A DNA stretch of 64,000 nt from an uncultured Carboxylicivirga sp. (GCA_963668385.1 OY764327.1:5648724-5712723); one strand, 5' to 3'; counted from the stretch's first letter, positions 30,339 through 41,200 are shown. The notes: generated from the letters alone by a model not told the origin. Numbers and translations: made by a program.

Positions 30339-30372
30339 TTAGTTAAATGTCAATAGAAGACAGAAAAGAGAC

Positions 30373-30409
30373 AAGTCCTACAATATCAATATATTGTAGG
30401 ACTTTTTTT
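30373..30409 (+). terminator. Rho-independent terminator after the att/tRNA end
   Basis: AAGTCCTACAATAT-caat-ATATTGTAGGACTT followed by a T run. Confidence 0.7.
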
Positions 30410-30474
30410 ATGTCTTATTGTCACCTCAGTCTTCCTTAAAATGCAAAAAAACGACAAAGTTTTGTGACTAAATC

Positions 30475-30507
30475 GTGACCTATTTTTAAAATCGAAAAAT
30501 AGGTCAC
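30475..30507. promoter_or_regulatory. Inverted repeat, candidate integrase arm/operator site
   Basis: GTGACCTATTTTT-N7-AAAAATAGGTCAC upstream of the second integrase. Confidence 0.45.
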
Positions 30508-30600
30508 AAAATGGTATGATTTGGCTTAGTGTTGTCGCGAATCAACACCCCTACAAATGTTTCATTTTGTATTTGTTAATGTAGTTTTACAAACAGAAAA

Positions 30601-31830
30601 ATGAAGCTTATGAGAAGTACTTTTAATGTTCTTTTTTTCATTAAAAAGAATGCAGAAAAAAAAGATGGAACGGCACCTGTTGTTGCAAGAATTACCATTA
30701 ATGGTAAAATGGCTCAGTTCAACACCAAGCAATTTATTAAACCGGAAGACTGGAGTGTTGATTTAGGAAAAGCCAAAGGCAGAAATGCGGAAGCCAAAAC
30801 TATTAATTCTGTTTTGGAAGAAATTAAAATTTCTATTCACGAAGCTTATAATGACCTGACCAGAAGAGACACATTAATAACAGCCGAAAAAATAAAAATC
30901 ACATTCTTAGGCATTGGGTTGGAGCAACACTTATTGTTGGAGCTTTTTGAAGAATGCAACAATACGTTAAAAACACAAGTTGGCATTACCAAATCAAAAG
31001 CTACCTATCAAAAAGCAGAAGTGTGTAAACGACATTTATCTGAATATTTAAAAATAGAACACAAATTATCGGATATTGATTTAAGGGATATCAATCACTC
31101 CTTCATTGTTGGGTTTGAAAACTTCCTTACCATTAAATGCCATTGCAACTTAAATACAAGCGCAAAATTTATGCAAAAATTCAAAAGCATAGTATTGCTT
31201 GCTCAAAAGAATGGATGGTTACTGAATGATCCCTTCGGCAACTATAAAATATCTTTAAAGAAGGTTGACAGGGGCTACCTAAATGACGATGAACTAAAAC
31301 GCATCATGCAAAAAAGCTTTGGTAGTGAACGGTTAGAGCGCATACGTGATATTTTTATTTTCTCGTGCTATACCGGACTTGCATATATTGATATTAAAAA
31401 CCTTAGGCAGGAACACATAACTAAAGGTTTTGACGGCAATTTATGGATAAACACAAAGCGCCAGAAAACATCCATAAAAACGGTTGTACCTCTACTGGAT
31501 ATAGCCCAATTAATCCTAGATAAATACAAAGGTTTGCCCAATGGTGTACTTTTACCAATTCCAACGAATCAAAAAACGAACCAATATTTGAAAGAAATTG
31601 CTGATGTCTGCGGTATTAATAAAAACCTTACGTTTCACTTGGCACTGCATACTTTTGCAACCACTGTTACACTATCAAAGGGTGTCCCTATTGAATCCGT
31701 TATTAAAATGCTTGGACATACCAATATTAAAACGACTCAAATTTATGCTCGTATTACCAATGAAAAGATTGGTGCAGACATTAAATTATTAGCGGAAAAG
31801 TTAAAGGTTTCAGAAGTAAGTTTAGCTTGA
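30601..31830 (+). CDS. Bacteroidetes-type site-specific integrase, probably inactive
   Basis: Arm-binding N-terminus (GTAPVVARITING), FSCYTGL, LGH, TQIY; HxxR reads HLAL. Confidence 0.9.
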   Translation: MKLMRSTFNVLFFIKKNAEKKDGTAPVVARITINGKMAQFNTKQFIKPEDWSVDLGKAKGRNAEAKTINSVLEEIKISIHEAYNDLTRRDTLITAEKIKITFLGIGLEQHLLLELFEECNNTLKTQVGITKSKATYQKAEVCKRHLSEYLKIEHKLSDIDLRDINHSFIVGFENFLTIKCHCNLNTSAKFMQKFKSIVLLAQKNGWLLNDPFGNYKISLKKVDRGYLNDDELKRIMQKSFGSERLERIRDIFIFSCYTGLAYIDIKNLRQEHITKGFDGNLWINTKRQKTSIKTVVPLLDIAQLILDKYKGLPNGVLLPIPTNQKTNQYLKEIADVCGINKNLTFHLALHTFATTVTLSKGVPIESVIKMLGHTNIKTTQIYARITNEKIGADIKLLAEKLKVSEVSLA

Positions 31831-32024
31831 TATTAGCAACAACCTTTATGTTTCTATTTAACTAAATATTTCTGATTGATTCGATTCAGTCAGAAGATTT
31901 TCTTTTCATACAAATAATATTATTTCTAAAAAAAATGATAATATTAAAAAGAGGCCTTCTTTAAAGCACCTTTTCTCAAGAAATAATATTGTTTTTACAT
32001 ATCTTTTGATTTAATAAGTATGAG

Positions 32025-32197
32025 ATGATCCGATTGATCAAGATACTGCTTTACAATAATGACTACTCATTGGACTTAGCTGACCTTTTACCTCACAACT
32101 GGAAGAACTCATAGAATTGCGAGAATTGTCCATCGATTCTATGGACTGTTAGAGTGTCTCGATTATGCTTTTACGACGTGTGAGACCGAATGTTTAC
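32025..32197 (+). mobile_element. IS66 remnant: transposase C-terminus and right end
   Basis: Translates to ...LLYNNDYSLDLADLLPHNWKNS* (LLPxNW IS66 tail); IS66-like terminal ACCGAATGTTTAC at 32185-32197. Confidence 0.65.
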
Positions 32198-32371
32198 GTT
32201 TTAACTTGCAGGCTTTTTTATTAGAATTTAAATTACTTCGAGCTCATAAAAAAAGGGCCATTACAGACATAAGCTGTAACACCCCGATATTTTTTTTACC
32301 TGATTCAATTTGATACAAACAGTAGTATTATGGCTAACTTCTTCTTGTAATTCAGGGTTTATCTATATCAA

Positions 32372-32569
32372 TTAATAATCTAGCTCTTCGATTAAGTGCC
32401 GAATACACTTCTCGCAAAGACAAGATGAATAATTCAACTCGAGATACACAGCAACATTTTCCGGTATTTCAATAAAATTACACCAGCAAGTTGATGAACA
32501 GGTGCAGATAAAATTAGCACCACACCTTGGACACTCTTCATGTTGGTATCTCGAATCGGGATTATCCAC
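32372..32569 (-). CDS. Cysteine-rich CWC family protein
   Basis: CPRCG..F.C....CWC...CLCEKC. Confidence 0.85.
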   Translation of the reverse strand: MDNPDSRYQHEECPRCGANFICTCSSTCWCNFIEIPENVAVYLELNYSSCLCEKCIRHLIEELDY

Positions 32570-32577
32570 TCTTATTT

Positions 32578-33087
32578 CTAACGCTTAGGATCAATCTCAA
32601 TTAACATCTGATCCTTCAATACATTGTCTCCTTCTTTAATATGAATTTTACTTACCACACCATCCAAGGGAGCTACAATTTCGTTTTGCATCTTCATGGC
32701 TTCGAGAGTTAATAACACCTCTCCTTTTTTGATGGTTTGATTTAATTCAACCGGAACCTCACAAATCATTCCCGGAAGCATTGCTTTAATAGCCATTTTA
32801 CTAACAGAATTCTTTTGTGTGATTTTTTTCAATCGCTTAAACGACTTTTCTGTTTCAATAGTAAAGTTGTAGGTATTACCATTTAACAACACAGTACACT
32901 GATTCTGTTTTAAACGCACAACCTCACCATTAAAAGAATGACCATGAAGCTGTACTTCAAACTCATCCTTATCATTACGGGTAATTTGCGGTTCTACATT
33001 CTTTTTATCAATCTTTACAATTTGATTATTAGCAACATCAAAAGATACCGCCTTTCCATTAACCAATATATATCTGGTAGCTTTCAT
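32578..33087 (-). CDS. accB: Biotin carboxyl carrier protein
   Basis: EAMKM biotinylation motif. Confidence 0.92.
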   Translation of the reverse strand: MKATRYILVNGKAVSFDVANNQIVKIDKKNVEPQITRNDKDEFEVQLHGHSFNGEVVRLKQNQCTVLLNGNTYNFTIETEKSFKRLKKITQKNSVSKMAIKAMLPGMICEVPVELNQTIKKGEVLLTLEAMKMQNEIVAPLDGVVSKIHIKEGDNVLKDQMLIEIDPKR

Positions 33088-33090
33088 TGT

Positions 33091-34581
33091 TTAGCGCGAT
33101 TTTAAGTTTTGTTTTAGAAACCAGGCATTAGATGCTGTTTCGATCGATTGAGTTTCTTCTAGCTTATTTACTTCCTGCAAATAGGCAGCCAAAGCAATAC
33201 AAGCAGCTGCTGTTTGATCATCGGGATGCTGATAGTGCAACTGATCCATTTGCGTTTCAATAAAATCGGTATAATAATCACCTTCTACAAAAGACGGAAC
33301 CGTAAGCACTTTTCTAAAGAATGGAATAGTGGTTTTTAAACCTCTGACTCGAAGAGAACTCAATGCTTTCTTAGATCTTTCAATGGTTTGTTTTCTATCA
33401 TCACCAGTCACAATCAATTTGGCAAGCATAGAATCGAAACAAGCCGGAACCACCTTACCGGCAGAATAACCGCTATCAAAACGAATCGATTTCATTTTGG
33501 GCTCTTCAATATCTTCGATAATACCTGTACATGGAGAAAAATCGGCTTGCACATCTTCGGCATTAATTCTAAACTCGATAGCACTGCCCTTAATCTTTAA
33601 ATCTTCCTGCTTGATAGAAAGCTTCTCTCCCGATGCAATAATAATTTGTTGCTCAACTATATCAACACCTGTTATAGCTTCGGTAACCGGATGCTCCACC
33701 TGAATACGTGTATTCATCTCCATGAAGTACACATTATTATCTATATCAACCAAAAACTCAACCGTTCCAGCATTGTAATATCCTGTTTGCTTGCATAAAG
33801 CAACCGCATACGAACAGATTGTATTTCTAAGTTCGTCAGATAAAGCAGGAGAAGGAGCTTCCTCCATTAATTTTTGGTGTTTTCGCTGAATACTACACTC
33901 ACGATCGAAAAGATGAACAACATTTCCATGCTTATCGGCTAAAACCTGCACTTCGATATGACGAGGACGAGCTATGAATTTCTCAATAAAAACAGCTCCA
34001 TTACCAAAAACCGATCGTGCCTCATTAATGGCAGCACGAAGCATTTTGGGCAACATTTCTTCATTCTCAACAACACGCATTCCTTTACCACCACCACCGG
34101 CTACTGCTTTTACCATAACCGGATAGCCAATTTTAGCTATCACCGCTTCAGCTTCTTCCAGTGTATTGATTAAGCCTTTACTTCCTTCGGGAATAGGAAT
34201 TTTACAGGCTTTAGCTGTATTACGGGCAACACCTTTGTTTCCCATTTTTTGAATATGATCATGCGAAGGTCCTATAAAGGTAATGCCTCTGGCTTCACAT
34301 TCCTTAGGCAGAAATGGGTTTTCTGATAAAAATCCATATCCCGGGTGGATGGCATCTATTTTATTTTCAACAGCAGCATCTACAATTTTTTCTACACTTA
34401 AGAATATATTCGTAAATGTATCTTCCGAAACATCAATAACTTCATCTGCAAAAGATAAATAATGAGCATTGGGTTCCTGATGCGTCAAAAACACATACGA
34501 ACGAATGCCCATTTTTTTAGCTGTCTGTGCAATACGTATTGCAATTTCGCCTCTATTGGCTATTAATATCGATTTAATCAT
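33091..34581 (-). CDS. accC: Biotin carboxylase subunit
   Basis: ANRGEIA, HPGYGFLSEN, GGGGKGMR, EMNTRIQVEH. Confidence 0.96.
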   Translation of the reverse strand: MIKSILIANRGEIAIRIAQTAKKMGIRSYVFLTHQEPNAHYLSFADEVIDVSEDTFTNIFLSVEKIVDAAVENKIDAIHPGYGFLSENPFLPKECEARGITFIGPSHDHIQKMGNKGVARNTAKACKIPIPEGSKGLINTLEEAEAVIAKIGYPVMVKAVAGGGGKGMRVVENEEMLPKMLRAAINEARSVFGNGAVFIEKFIARPRHIEVQVLADKHGNVVHLFDRECSIQRKHQKLMEEAPSPALSDELRNTICSYAVALCKQTGYYNAGTVEFLVDIDNNVYFMEMNTRIQVEHPVTEAITGVDIVEQQIIIASGEKLSIKQEDLKIKGSAIEFRINAEDVQADFSPCTGIIEDIEEPKMKSIRFDSGYSAGKVVPACFDSMLAKLIVTGDDRKQTIERSKKALSSLRVRGLKTTIPFFRKVLTVPSFVEGDYYTDFIETQMDQLHYQHPDDQTAAACIALAAYLQEVNKLEETQSIETASNAWFLKQNLKSR

Positions 34582-34592
34582 TTCTTTTCTTG

Positions 34593-36131
34593 TTACATTG
34601 GAATATTTCCGTGCTTCCTTGGTGATTTTTGCTCAAACTTATTCTCTAACAACGAGAATGCTGATATAAGAACTTCGCGCGTCTTAGAAGGTTCAATCAC
34701 CTCATCAACATATCCTTTTTCTTCGGCTATAAACGGATTGGCTATATTGTTTTTATAGTCATCAACCAATTGTCGTTTCAATCCTTCAGCATCTTCGGCG
34801 GCAGCCAGTTCTTTACGATTTAATATTTTAATAGCACCCTCAGGCCCCATCACTGCAATCTCAGCTGATGGCCAGGCAAAATTCATATCGCCGCCCATAT
34901 TCTTACTATTCATAACAATATAAGCACCTCCGTATGCTTTACGCACAATTACAGTAATTTTAGGTATGGTAGCCTCGGCAAAGGCATACAATAATTTGGC
35001 ACCATGCATAATAATAGCACTATGCTCTTGATTAGTACCCGGCATAAAACCCGGAACATCTTCCAACACTAACACCGGAATATTAAACGAATCGCAGAAA
35101 CGAACAAAACGAGCCGCTTTACGCGATGCATTAATATCAAGTGTACCCGCCATCATTTTTGGTTGATTGGCAATAATTCCGATTACCTTTTTATTCAAAC
35201 GAGCAAAACCAGTAATAATATTTTGGGCATGATTTTCGGCAACTTCAAAAAAGGAATCCCTGTCGACAATACGATCGATAATATCAATCATATCATAAGG
35301 TTTACTCGAATCTTCGGGTAAAATATGTGATATATTCTCGGCGTTACGCGGATTTATATCATCCCAATTTAACAAAGGAGGTTGCTCTAAATGATTGGAT
35401 GGTAAATAAGACAGTAACTTCTTAACACCCAACAAACAGTTTTCTTCATCGTTATACACAAAATCGGTAACCCCCGATGTTGTACTATGCACATCAGCCC
35501 CTCCAAGATCTTCGAAAGTTACATCTTCGTTTAGAACCTCCTTTACAACTTGCGGACCTGTAACAAACATATGCGAAGTATGGCGCACCATAAAACGAAA
35601 GTCGGTTAAGGCAGGTGAATAAACAGCTCCACCGGCAGCCGGCCCCAATATCACTGATATTTGAGGCACAATACCCGAGGCTTTTACATTTTGTCGGAAA
35701 ATACCGGCGTAACCAGCCAAACTAGCAACACCTTCCTGTATACGAGCACCTCCGGAATCGATTAAGCCAACCACCGGATGCCCCATATTATTGGCCAACT
35801 CCTGTACCTTCTGTATTTTTTTTGCGTGAATCAATCCTAACGACCCTCCCATGATATTAAAATCCTGAGCATAAGCCATTACCTTTCTTCCATTTATCAA
35901 GCCATAACCGCAAATAACACCATCGCCATATTGGTTGGCATCGCCTGACTTTATAAATGCACCAATTTCGTTAAATGTTCCTTCATCAAACAAAAAATCA
36001 ATGCGTTCGCGAGCGGTTAACTTACCTTTATTATGTTGTTTCGAACAATAATCTCCCGAATATTGCTCTTGTAGTTTGTCTTTTCTTTGATGAAAAACTT
36101 TGTAGACCTTTCTGTTCTCCTCCATTTTCAA
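34593..36131 (-). CDS. pccB: Acyl-CoA carboxylase carboxyltransferase (propionyl-CoA carboxylase beta-like)
   Basis: DSGGARIQEG, GGAVYSPALTDF, DVPGFMPG, RKAYGGAY, KHGNIP. Confidence 0.93.
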   Translation of the reverse strand: MKMEENRKVYKVFHQRKDKLQEQYSGDYCSKQHNKGKLTARERIDFLFDEGTFNEIGAFIKSGDANQYGDGVICGYGLINGRKVMAYAQDFNIMGGSLGLIHAKKIQKVQELANNMGHPVVGLIDSGGARIQEGVASLAGYAGIFRQNVKASGIVPQISVILGPAAGGAVYSPALTDFRFMVRHTSHMFVTGPQVVKEVLNEDVTFEDLGGADVHSTTSGVTDFVYNDEENCLLGVKKLLSYLPSNHLEQPPLLNWDDINPRNAENISHILPEDSSKPYDMIDIIDRIVDRDSFFEVAENHAQNIITGFARLNKKVIGIIANQPKMMAGTLDINASRKAARFVRFCDSFNIPVLVLEDVPGFMPGTNQEHSAIIMHGAKLLYAFAEATIPKITVIVRKAYGGAYIVMNSKNMGGDMNFAWPSAEIAVMGPEGAIKILNRKELAAAEDAEGLKRQLVDDYKNNIANPFIAEEKGYVDEVIEPSKTREVLISAFSLLENKFEQKSPRKHGNIPM

Positions 36132-36175
36132 TTATTTAGTTCTTTTATGACATTCCATTTTTTTATTCCAACCTG

Positions 36176-36183
36176 CAAATCTA
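36176..36183 (-). promoter_or_regulatory. Bacteroidetes -7 promoter box in front of the carboxylase operon
   Basis: Minus-strand TAGATTTG(CA) matches TAnnTTTG, 45 nt upstream of the start codon. Confidence 0.45.
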
Positions 36184-36527
36184 ATCTCTACATATAACAT
36201 TTCATACTAATGTGATTAATAAAATACAAAAGGGTGCATGATTAAATAAGCACATTACTACAACACACTTCGGGAATAATCGTTTAATCACACCCCCTAA
36301 TGCCTTAGTATAATTATGAATAGTTGCAGACGTGATAATAAAAACTGATAGTAATTATTGCCAGAATTTGGCTTTTAATTTTTAATGCTAAAACCGATGT
36401 ATTAATACGCATATTACAATTATTTGCTAATTAACATATAATACTATCGCGAAATAATGAGTAGGGGAATATTTTTAAATCCGATACCTGCTTTTTATCG
36501 CGAAAGCAAATATCATTCAAACACAAT

Positions 36528-36705
36528 AAGACAGGTTTCCTGGCTTTCCCGACTTTTAGCACCTTCCCATTCGGCGTTTCCGAACAGTGGTTATTCGCTA
36601 AAAGCACATACTATTATCATAGCACGAGATTACAGTTGCGCGTCAGCCCATGATTCACACATGGTTCCCTATTAAACCCTTTTTAAAGGGTATCTTAAAG
36701 TCAAA
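36528..36705 (-). promoter_or_regulatory. Cobalamin riboswitch 1
   Basis: Minus strand AATAGGGAA...GCGCAACTGTAA...CCACTG...GGGAAGG...AGCCAGGAAACCTG; TAnnTTTG box at 36724-36731. Confidence 0.88.
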
Positions 36706-36903
36706 ATTTGAATGAACGACGTGCAAAAGTAGTAAAATTATTAAACCTACCTATTTAATTAGTAATGGATATTTACTGCTATTTACATTTTGATTAAAAC
36801 ATAATTATGAATAATACCATAATCATTAAGAAACCGTGATTTGCCGACCATTGATACAACATTACCTTATTATCGTAAATTGATCAAAAGAATTTCAAAA
36901 TAT

Positions 36904-38268
36904 TCAACTCTTCTGAAGTTGTAATGCTACAGATAATTCAAAAAGCTATAGATATATATCCCCGCTGGGGATAAATACTCAACTTCAGTTAAGAGACAAA
37001 TACATCGCCTACGAGCATAAGCGCTCAACTTCGGAGAAGTTGCATATCTATAGAGTTGATAGATAGTAAGGGATAAGTGCAACTCCAGCGGAGTTGAATA
37101 GATTTTAGTACCCTTTAAAAAAATTCTACTAATCACCCACACATAACCACTTACAAATATCATTGATGTTAAGACACTTTTCTTTTTTTTGCCTCTAGCC
37201 GGCTGGCTTTTACTTTCTTCCTGCAGCCGAAGAAAGTAAACAAAGAAGACTGCGGCTGCATTAGGTCCGATCATTTGCTATTGTAACTCTTAAGTGCGGC
37301 CGGGTGATCTCCAAGCCAAGCTTGGAGCTTCCCGGTCTTACTAAAGATCTACTGCTAGTAAATAATCTCCCCTAATGAGGCAGAAAGAGAGCCGCCCATT
37401 AATTAATATGTAGAATTCTACACTTGATATTCTTAAAACACTTCAAACTAACCAAGCTGTAATACATCGAATGTGAGCACAAGAGCCCTACTTCAGAGAA
37501 GTTATATATCTATAGAGTTGATAGATAGTAAGAGATTGACACAACTCCAGCGGAGTTGAATGGAAATTAGTACCCTTTAAAAAAATGCTACTAATCACCC
37601 ACACATAACCACTTACAAATATCATTGATGTTAAGACACTTTTCTTTTTTTTGCCTCTAGCCGGCTGGCTTTTACTTTCTTCCTGCAGCCGAAGAAAGTA
37701 AACAAAGAAGACCGCGGCTGCATTAGGTCCGATCATTTGCTATTGTAACTCTTAAGTGCGGCCGGGTGATCTCCAAGCCAAGCTTGGAGCTTCCCGGTCT
37801 TACTAAAGATCTACTGCTAATAAATAATCTCCCCTAATGAGGCCGAAAGAGAGCCTAGCGTTAATTAATATGTAGAATTCTACACTTGATTTTCTTAAAA
37901 CACTTCAAACTAACCAAGCTGTAATATATCGCCAATGCTCACTATAACTCAACTTCAGAGAAGTTGCACATCTATAGAATTGATAAATAGTAAAAGATAA
38001 GTGTAACTCCAGCGGAGTTGAATAAAGGATAACGAACACATCAAAAACATTATTCTTCTTCTTTGTAAATTATCTCCCCTAATAAGGCCGAAAGAGATCC
38101 TAGCGTTAATTAATATGTAGAATTCTACACTTGATATTCTTAAAACACTACAAACTAACCAAGCTGTAATACATCGAATGTGGGCACAATACCCCTACTT
38201 CAGAGAAGTTGCATGTCTATAGAATTGATAAATAGTAAGAGATTGACGCAACTCCAGAGGTGTTGAAC
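36904..38268. repeat. Mosaic palindrome-rich repeat array 1 (462+462+245 nt + partial unit)
   Basis: Units start at CAACTTC/CTACTTC 37026, 37488, 37950, 38195; REP-like hairpins CAACTTC-AGA-GAAGTTG and CAACTCC-AGC-GGAGTTG. Confidence 0.92.
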
Positions 38269-38315
38269 AGAAATAAGCTATAAATCTCAACAAACTTATA
38301 TCTCATTAAAAAACA

Positions 38316-38828
38316 CTAAACCGTTTCGCCCAAAGAGGCTGCAGACGATTGCAAAACGGGCTTCTTCCTTTGAAACAAACACGTTTTATCCACCAACTGT
38401 TTATCCACAATCTGATAAAACCGTTGATTGGTATCAGAGCTATCCAACCCTCCACAAACTTCAATATAAGGCCCAAGCTTTATATAATCGAAATTGGTGA
38501 GCGAACCAAATTCCGAAAACTTCGGTTTGCCCGAGTACCAGGCTGTTTTCATTCGATTATCAGTTACTATCTTAATGTATTCGGCCAGATAATTCACCTG
38601 TTCTGGAGCATCATCACCCCCCATAAAACAAATGCAGGTCACGCCCGTTCCATAACCGTTCACAAGCGAATCGATTACTTGCTTAGTTAAGGGCTCGCCA
38701 ATATCGTTTTGAAGCCAGGGACTATGACATCCCCGGCATTTATTCGGACAATTGGCAATATTGATAGCCAACGTTATTTCGTTTGGCACCTCTTGAAATA
38801 CAATATTATAACTGTGATACTTTAGCAT
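38316..38828 (-). CDS. nrdG: Anaerobic ribonucleotide reductase activating enzyme
   Basis: Radical SAM CPNKCRGC; directly downstream of nrdD. Confidence 0.95.
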   Translation of the reverse strand: MLKYHSYNIVFQEVPNEITLAINIANCPNKCRGCHSPWLQNDIGEPLTKQVIDSLVNGYGTGVTCICFMGGDDAPEQVNYLAEYIKIVTDNRMKTAWYSGKPKFSEFGSLTNFDYIKLGPYIEVCGGLDSSDTNQRFYQIVDKQLVDKTCLFQRKKPVLQSSAASLGETV

Positions 38829-40896
38829 AATGTCGTTGCGTTTCTTCCACTTGACGGGCTTGCGAAAAATTACTTACACGTTTCATATAACCAATTATAC
38901 GGGTCAGATAATCGAGATTATGACTTTTACATTTAGGACATTCGCCCAGGTTGTTTTTATCGATATGACCACAATCGTTACATATAGTATTAGGGATATT
39001 AAAAGTAAAATAGTTACACCCTTCTTGTATGGCAATGCGTAACAATTGCTTGTACTGATCCTTACTTAAGTGCTCATCTAAATTCATATGCAAAGCCGAT
39101 CCTCCGGTTAAATGCTCGATGTACTTTTTACCATGCAAGCGAAATTTATCAATCACATTGGTATTTTCATCTTCCACCACATAGAAGTAGCTGTTATAAC
39201 AATCGCGCTTCACCACATAGCCGTCTTCTTTGTCCCATTTAGCATGCTTCACACCCACATTTTCGGCAGGAATCATCTCACAATTAAACATTACATCTTT
39301 GGTGCGGTATTTTTTATTGTACGACTCAATCAGCCCCAAAACAGTTTGCACAAACTCAGTATACTTATCATTATCACTAATTTCGATACCTAAGAATTCA
39401 GCAGCTTCGACCAAACCATTTACTCCAATGGTAAGATACTGACGATCCATATTGATATATCCGGCATCGAATAAAGGTAACATCCCTTTTTCGAGCATAT
39501 ACTTCAGGTTTTCGTTATACGACTTTTGCACTTTATGAACCAGATCAACCACCTCTTCGAGAAAGAACAGGTAATGCGTATTTTGTCGCGAAGCATCTTG
39601 AATACATCTATTTAGGTTGATGGTTAGTACACTCTTCGATCCGGTTGAAACACCTCCGGCACCCAAGGTATAACTAAATCCGTTATCAGTAATTTCGTTA
39701 CGCAAACGACAACAACTGCTCAACGAGTCGGCATTGTCGCTCATATAGGTAAAAAACGAATGCCCTTCGGCGTACATTTCGGCTGTAAAATCGCCGTATT
39801 CGGTATCTTTCACATCACCATTATCGCTTAACAAAGCCATGGTTTCGACCGGAAAAGTCAACACATTTTTAGTACGTTCGGCATTGAACCATTTCATAAA
39901 ACGCTTTTGTAACCAACTTAGCGAATTCCAATGTGGTTTGCTTCCGTTAGGAAAGATAAAATGCTCGAAAAGACTATCGAAGTAATATTTATCGTAATAC
40001 GAAATATTCCAGAAAACAGCCTGAAAATTGCGGGCTCCGGTTGGTTGGTTGATAGAATAAACAATCTGCTCAAAGCAGTCGGTTATGATTTTATCAATGG
40101 TTCGTTGTTTGGCCGATAAATCAACTACTTTATCGGCATGTAAGTAATAATCGTCGCCATACTCTAAACCAACAAAGTAATTCATGTACATCAGGAATTC
40201 GGGTGTAGCACAGGCGCCGCTCAACATGCTCGAAACCATAAAAACCATGTTTATAAATCCACCACAAAACGATTTTAGATTGGTAGGCGCCTTTGAGTTA
40301 CCACCTATCGACGAGGTACCACCAATTAACCATGGATACATAGTGATACTAGCACAATAGTTAGCCAGGCTGGTTTCGTCGTTTTTATAGATATAGTGTT
40401 GATTCAGTAAATCAACGTATCGATCCGATAATTCTTTGCCATACATCTCTTTAATACGATCGGTAAGCATACGACGATTCAAGCGTATGAAGTTCGATTT
40501 AGGCAACTCGCCAATTAAAGTGGTAATGTTTTTACTTTCAACATTGGCATTGGCATCGTATTTACTACCCGTAGCTGCGTTTTGCGCATTGCAATAATCC
40601 ATTAAAAATTCCAGTTTATCAAGCACTTCTCGATCTTCTAAATGCTGCTGGCGATACAACATATAAGCCTTGGCCACCGAATAATAACGCTCGGCCATCA
40701 GTGCCACTTCCACCTGATTTTGAATACCTTCAACAGTAATATCGTTGGTTATATTTACCCTGCATAAAATATTAGTAATCACCTCGTCGGTTGCAAAACT
40801 ACCCACCGACAAAAAAGCCTTGCGCAAAGCACTTTTTACTTTTTCGATCGAAAAAGCCTCTTTTTTCCCATCTCGTTTAATAATGTATGTTTCCAT
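38806..40896 (-). CDS. nrdD: Class III anaerobic ribonucleoside-triphosphate reductase
   Basis: ATP cone (IKRDG), SSCCRL, CNDCG/CPKC Zn site, TRIIGY glycyl-radical loop. Confidence 0.96.
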   Translation of the reverse strand: METYIIKRDGKKEAFSIEKVKSALRKAFLSVGSFATDEVITNILCRVNITNDITVEGIQNQVEVALMAERYYSVAKAYMLYRQQHLEDREVLDKLEFLMDYCNAQNAATGSKYDANANVESKNITTLIGELPKSNFIRLNRRMLTDRIKEMYGKELSDRYVDLLNQHYIYKNDETSLANYCASITMYPWLIGGTSSIGGNSKAPTNLKSFCGGFINMVFMVSSMLSGACATPEFLMYMNYFVGLEYGDDYYLHADKVVDLSAKQRTIDKIITDCFEQIVYSINQPTGARNFQAVFWNISYYDKYYFDSLFEHFIFPNGSKPHWNSLSWLQKRFMKWFNAERTKNVLTFPVETMALLSDNGDVKDTEYGDFTAEMYAEGHSFFTYMSDNADSLSSCCRLRNEITDNGFSYTLGAGGVSTGSKSVLTINLNRCIQDASRQNTHYLFFLEEVVDLVHKVQKSYNENLKYMLEKGMLPLFDAGYINMDRQYLTIGVNGLVEAAEFLGIEISDNDKYTEFVQTVLGLIESYNKKYRTKDVMFNCEMIPAENVGVKHAKWDKEDGYVVKRDCYNSYFYVVEDENTNVIDKFRLHGKKYIEHLTGGSALHMNLDEHLSKDQYKQLLRIAIQEGCNYFTFNIPNTICNDCGHIDKNNLGECPKCKSHNLDYLTRIIGYMKRVSNFSQARQVEETQRHYAKVSQL

Positions 40897-41028
40897 AGCT
40901 TATTGGTTTGAAAATAAATAATAAGGCTAAGCGAGAAAACACGCGCAAGTAAAGTGCAAACAAAGGGATACGAAAATTCGATTGCTACACCTATTGCTTT
41001 TCACCCGAAAGCCTGGTTTATTTTGTAT

Positions 41029-41200
41029 TTGGCAGGTCTTCTGACTTTCCTGATTTTTCAACCCCTTCCCAACCGCCTGGCAGCAGTCAGTGGCTTTTGT
41101 TGAAAAAATACATCCCGCAAAAACGAGACAGGATTACAGCTACGGGGATAGTTCTTGAATTTCACAAGATTCCCTTTTAATCCGTTACGAACCCAATACG
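41029..41200 (-). promoter_or_regulatory. Cobalamin riboswitch 2 (nrdDG leader)
   Basis: Minus strand AAAAGGGAA...CCCCGTAGCTGTAA...CCACTG...GGGAAGG...AGTCAGAAGACCTGCC. Confidence 0.9.

Noticed and set aside
30280-30345. Complete tRNA gene
   Set aside because: Only the last ~15 nt match a tRNA 3' end; no cloverleaf upstream, so treated as an att duplicate.
31598-31792. 64-aa ORF overlapping the integrase 3' end
   Set aside because: Alternate frame of the integrase; the main frame is continuous, so this is not evidence of a frameshift.
36457-36675. 72-aa plus-strand ORF
   Set aside because: Antisense to cobalamin riboswitch 1; spurious.
37370-37400. Hammerhead ribozyme core (CTAATGAGGCCGAAAG, repeated in several units)
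   Set aside because: Core reads CUAAUGA not CUGAUGA, there is no second GAAA after a closed stem II, and other copies read CTAATAAAGCC.
36927-37736. Duplicated ORFs MIGPNAAAVFF... (also 41511-41732, 42230-42716)
   Set aside because: They are translations of the repeat modules; indels between copies break frames and there are no family motifs.
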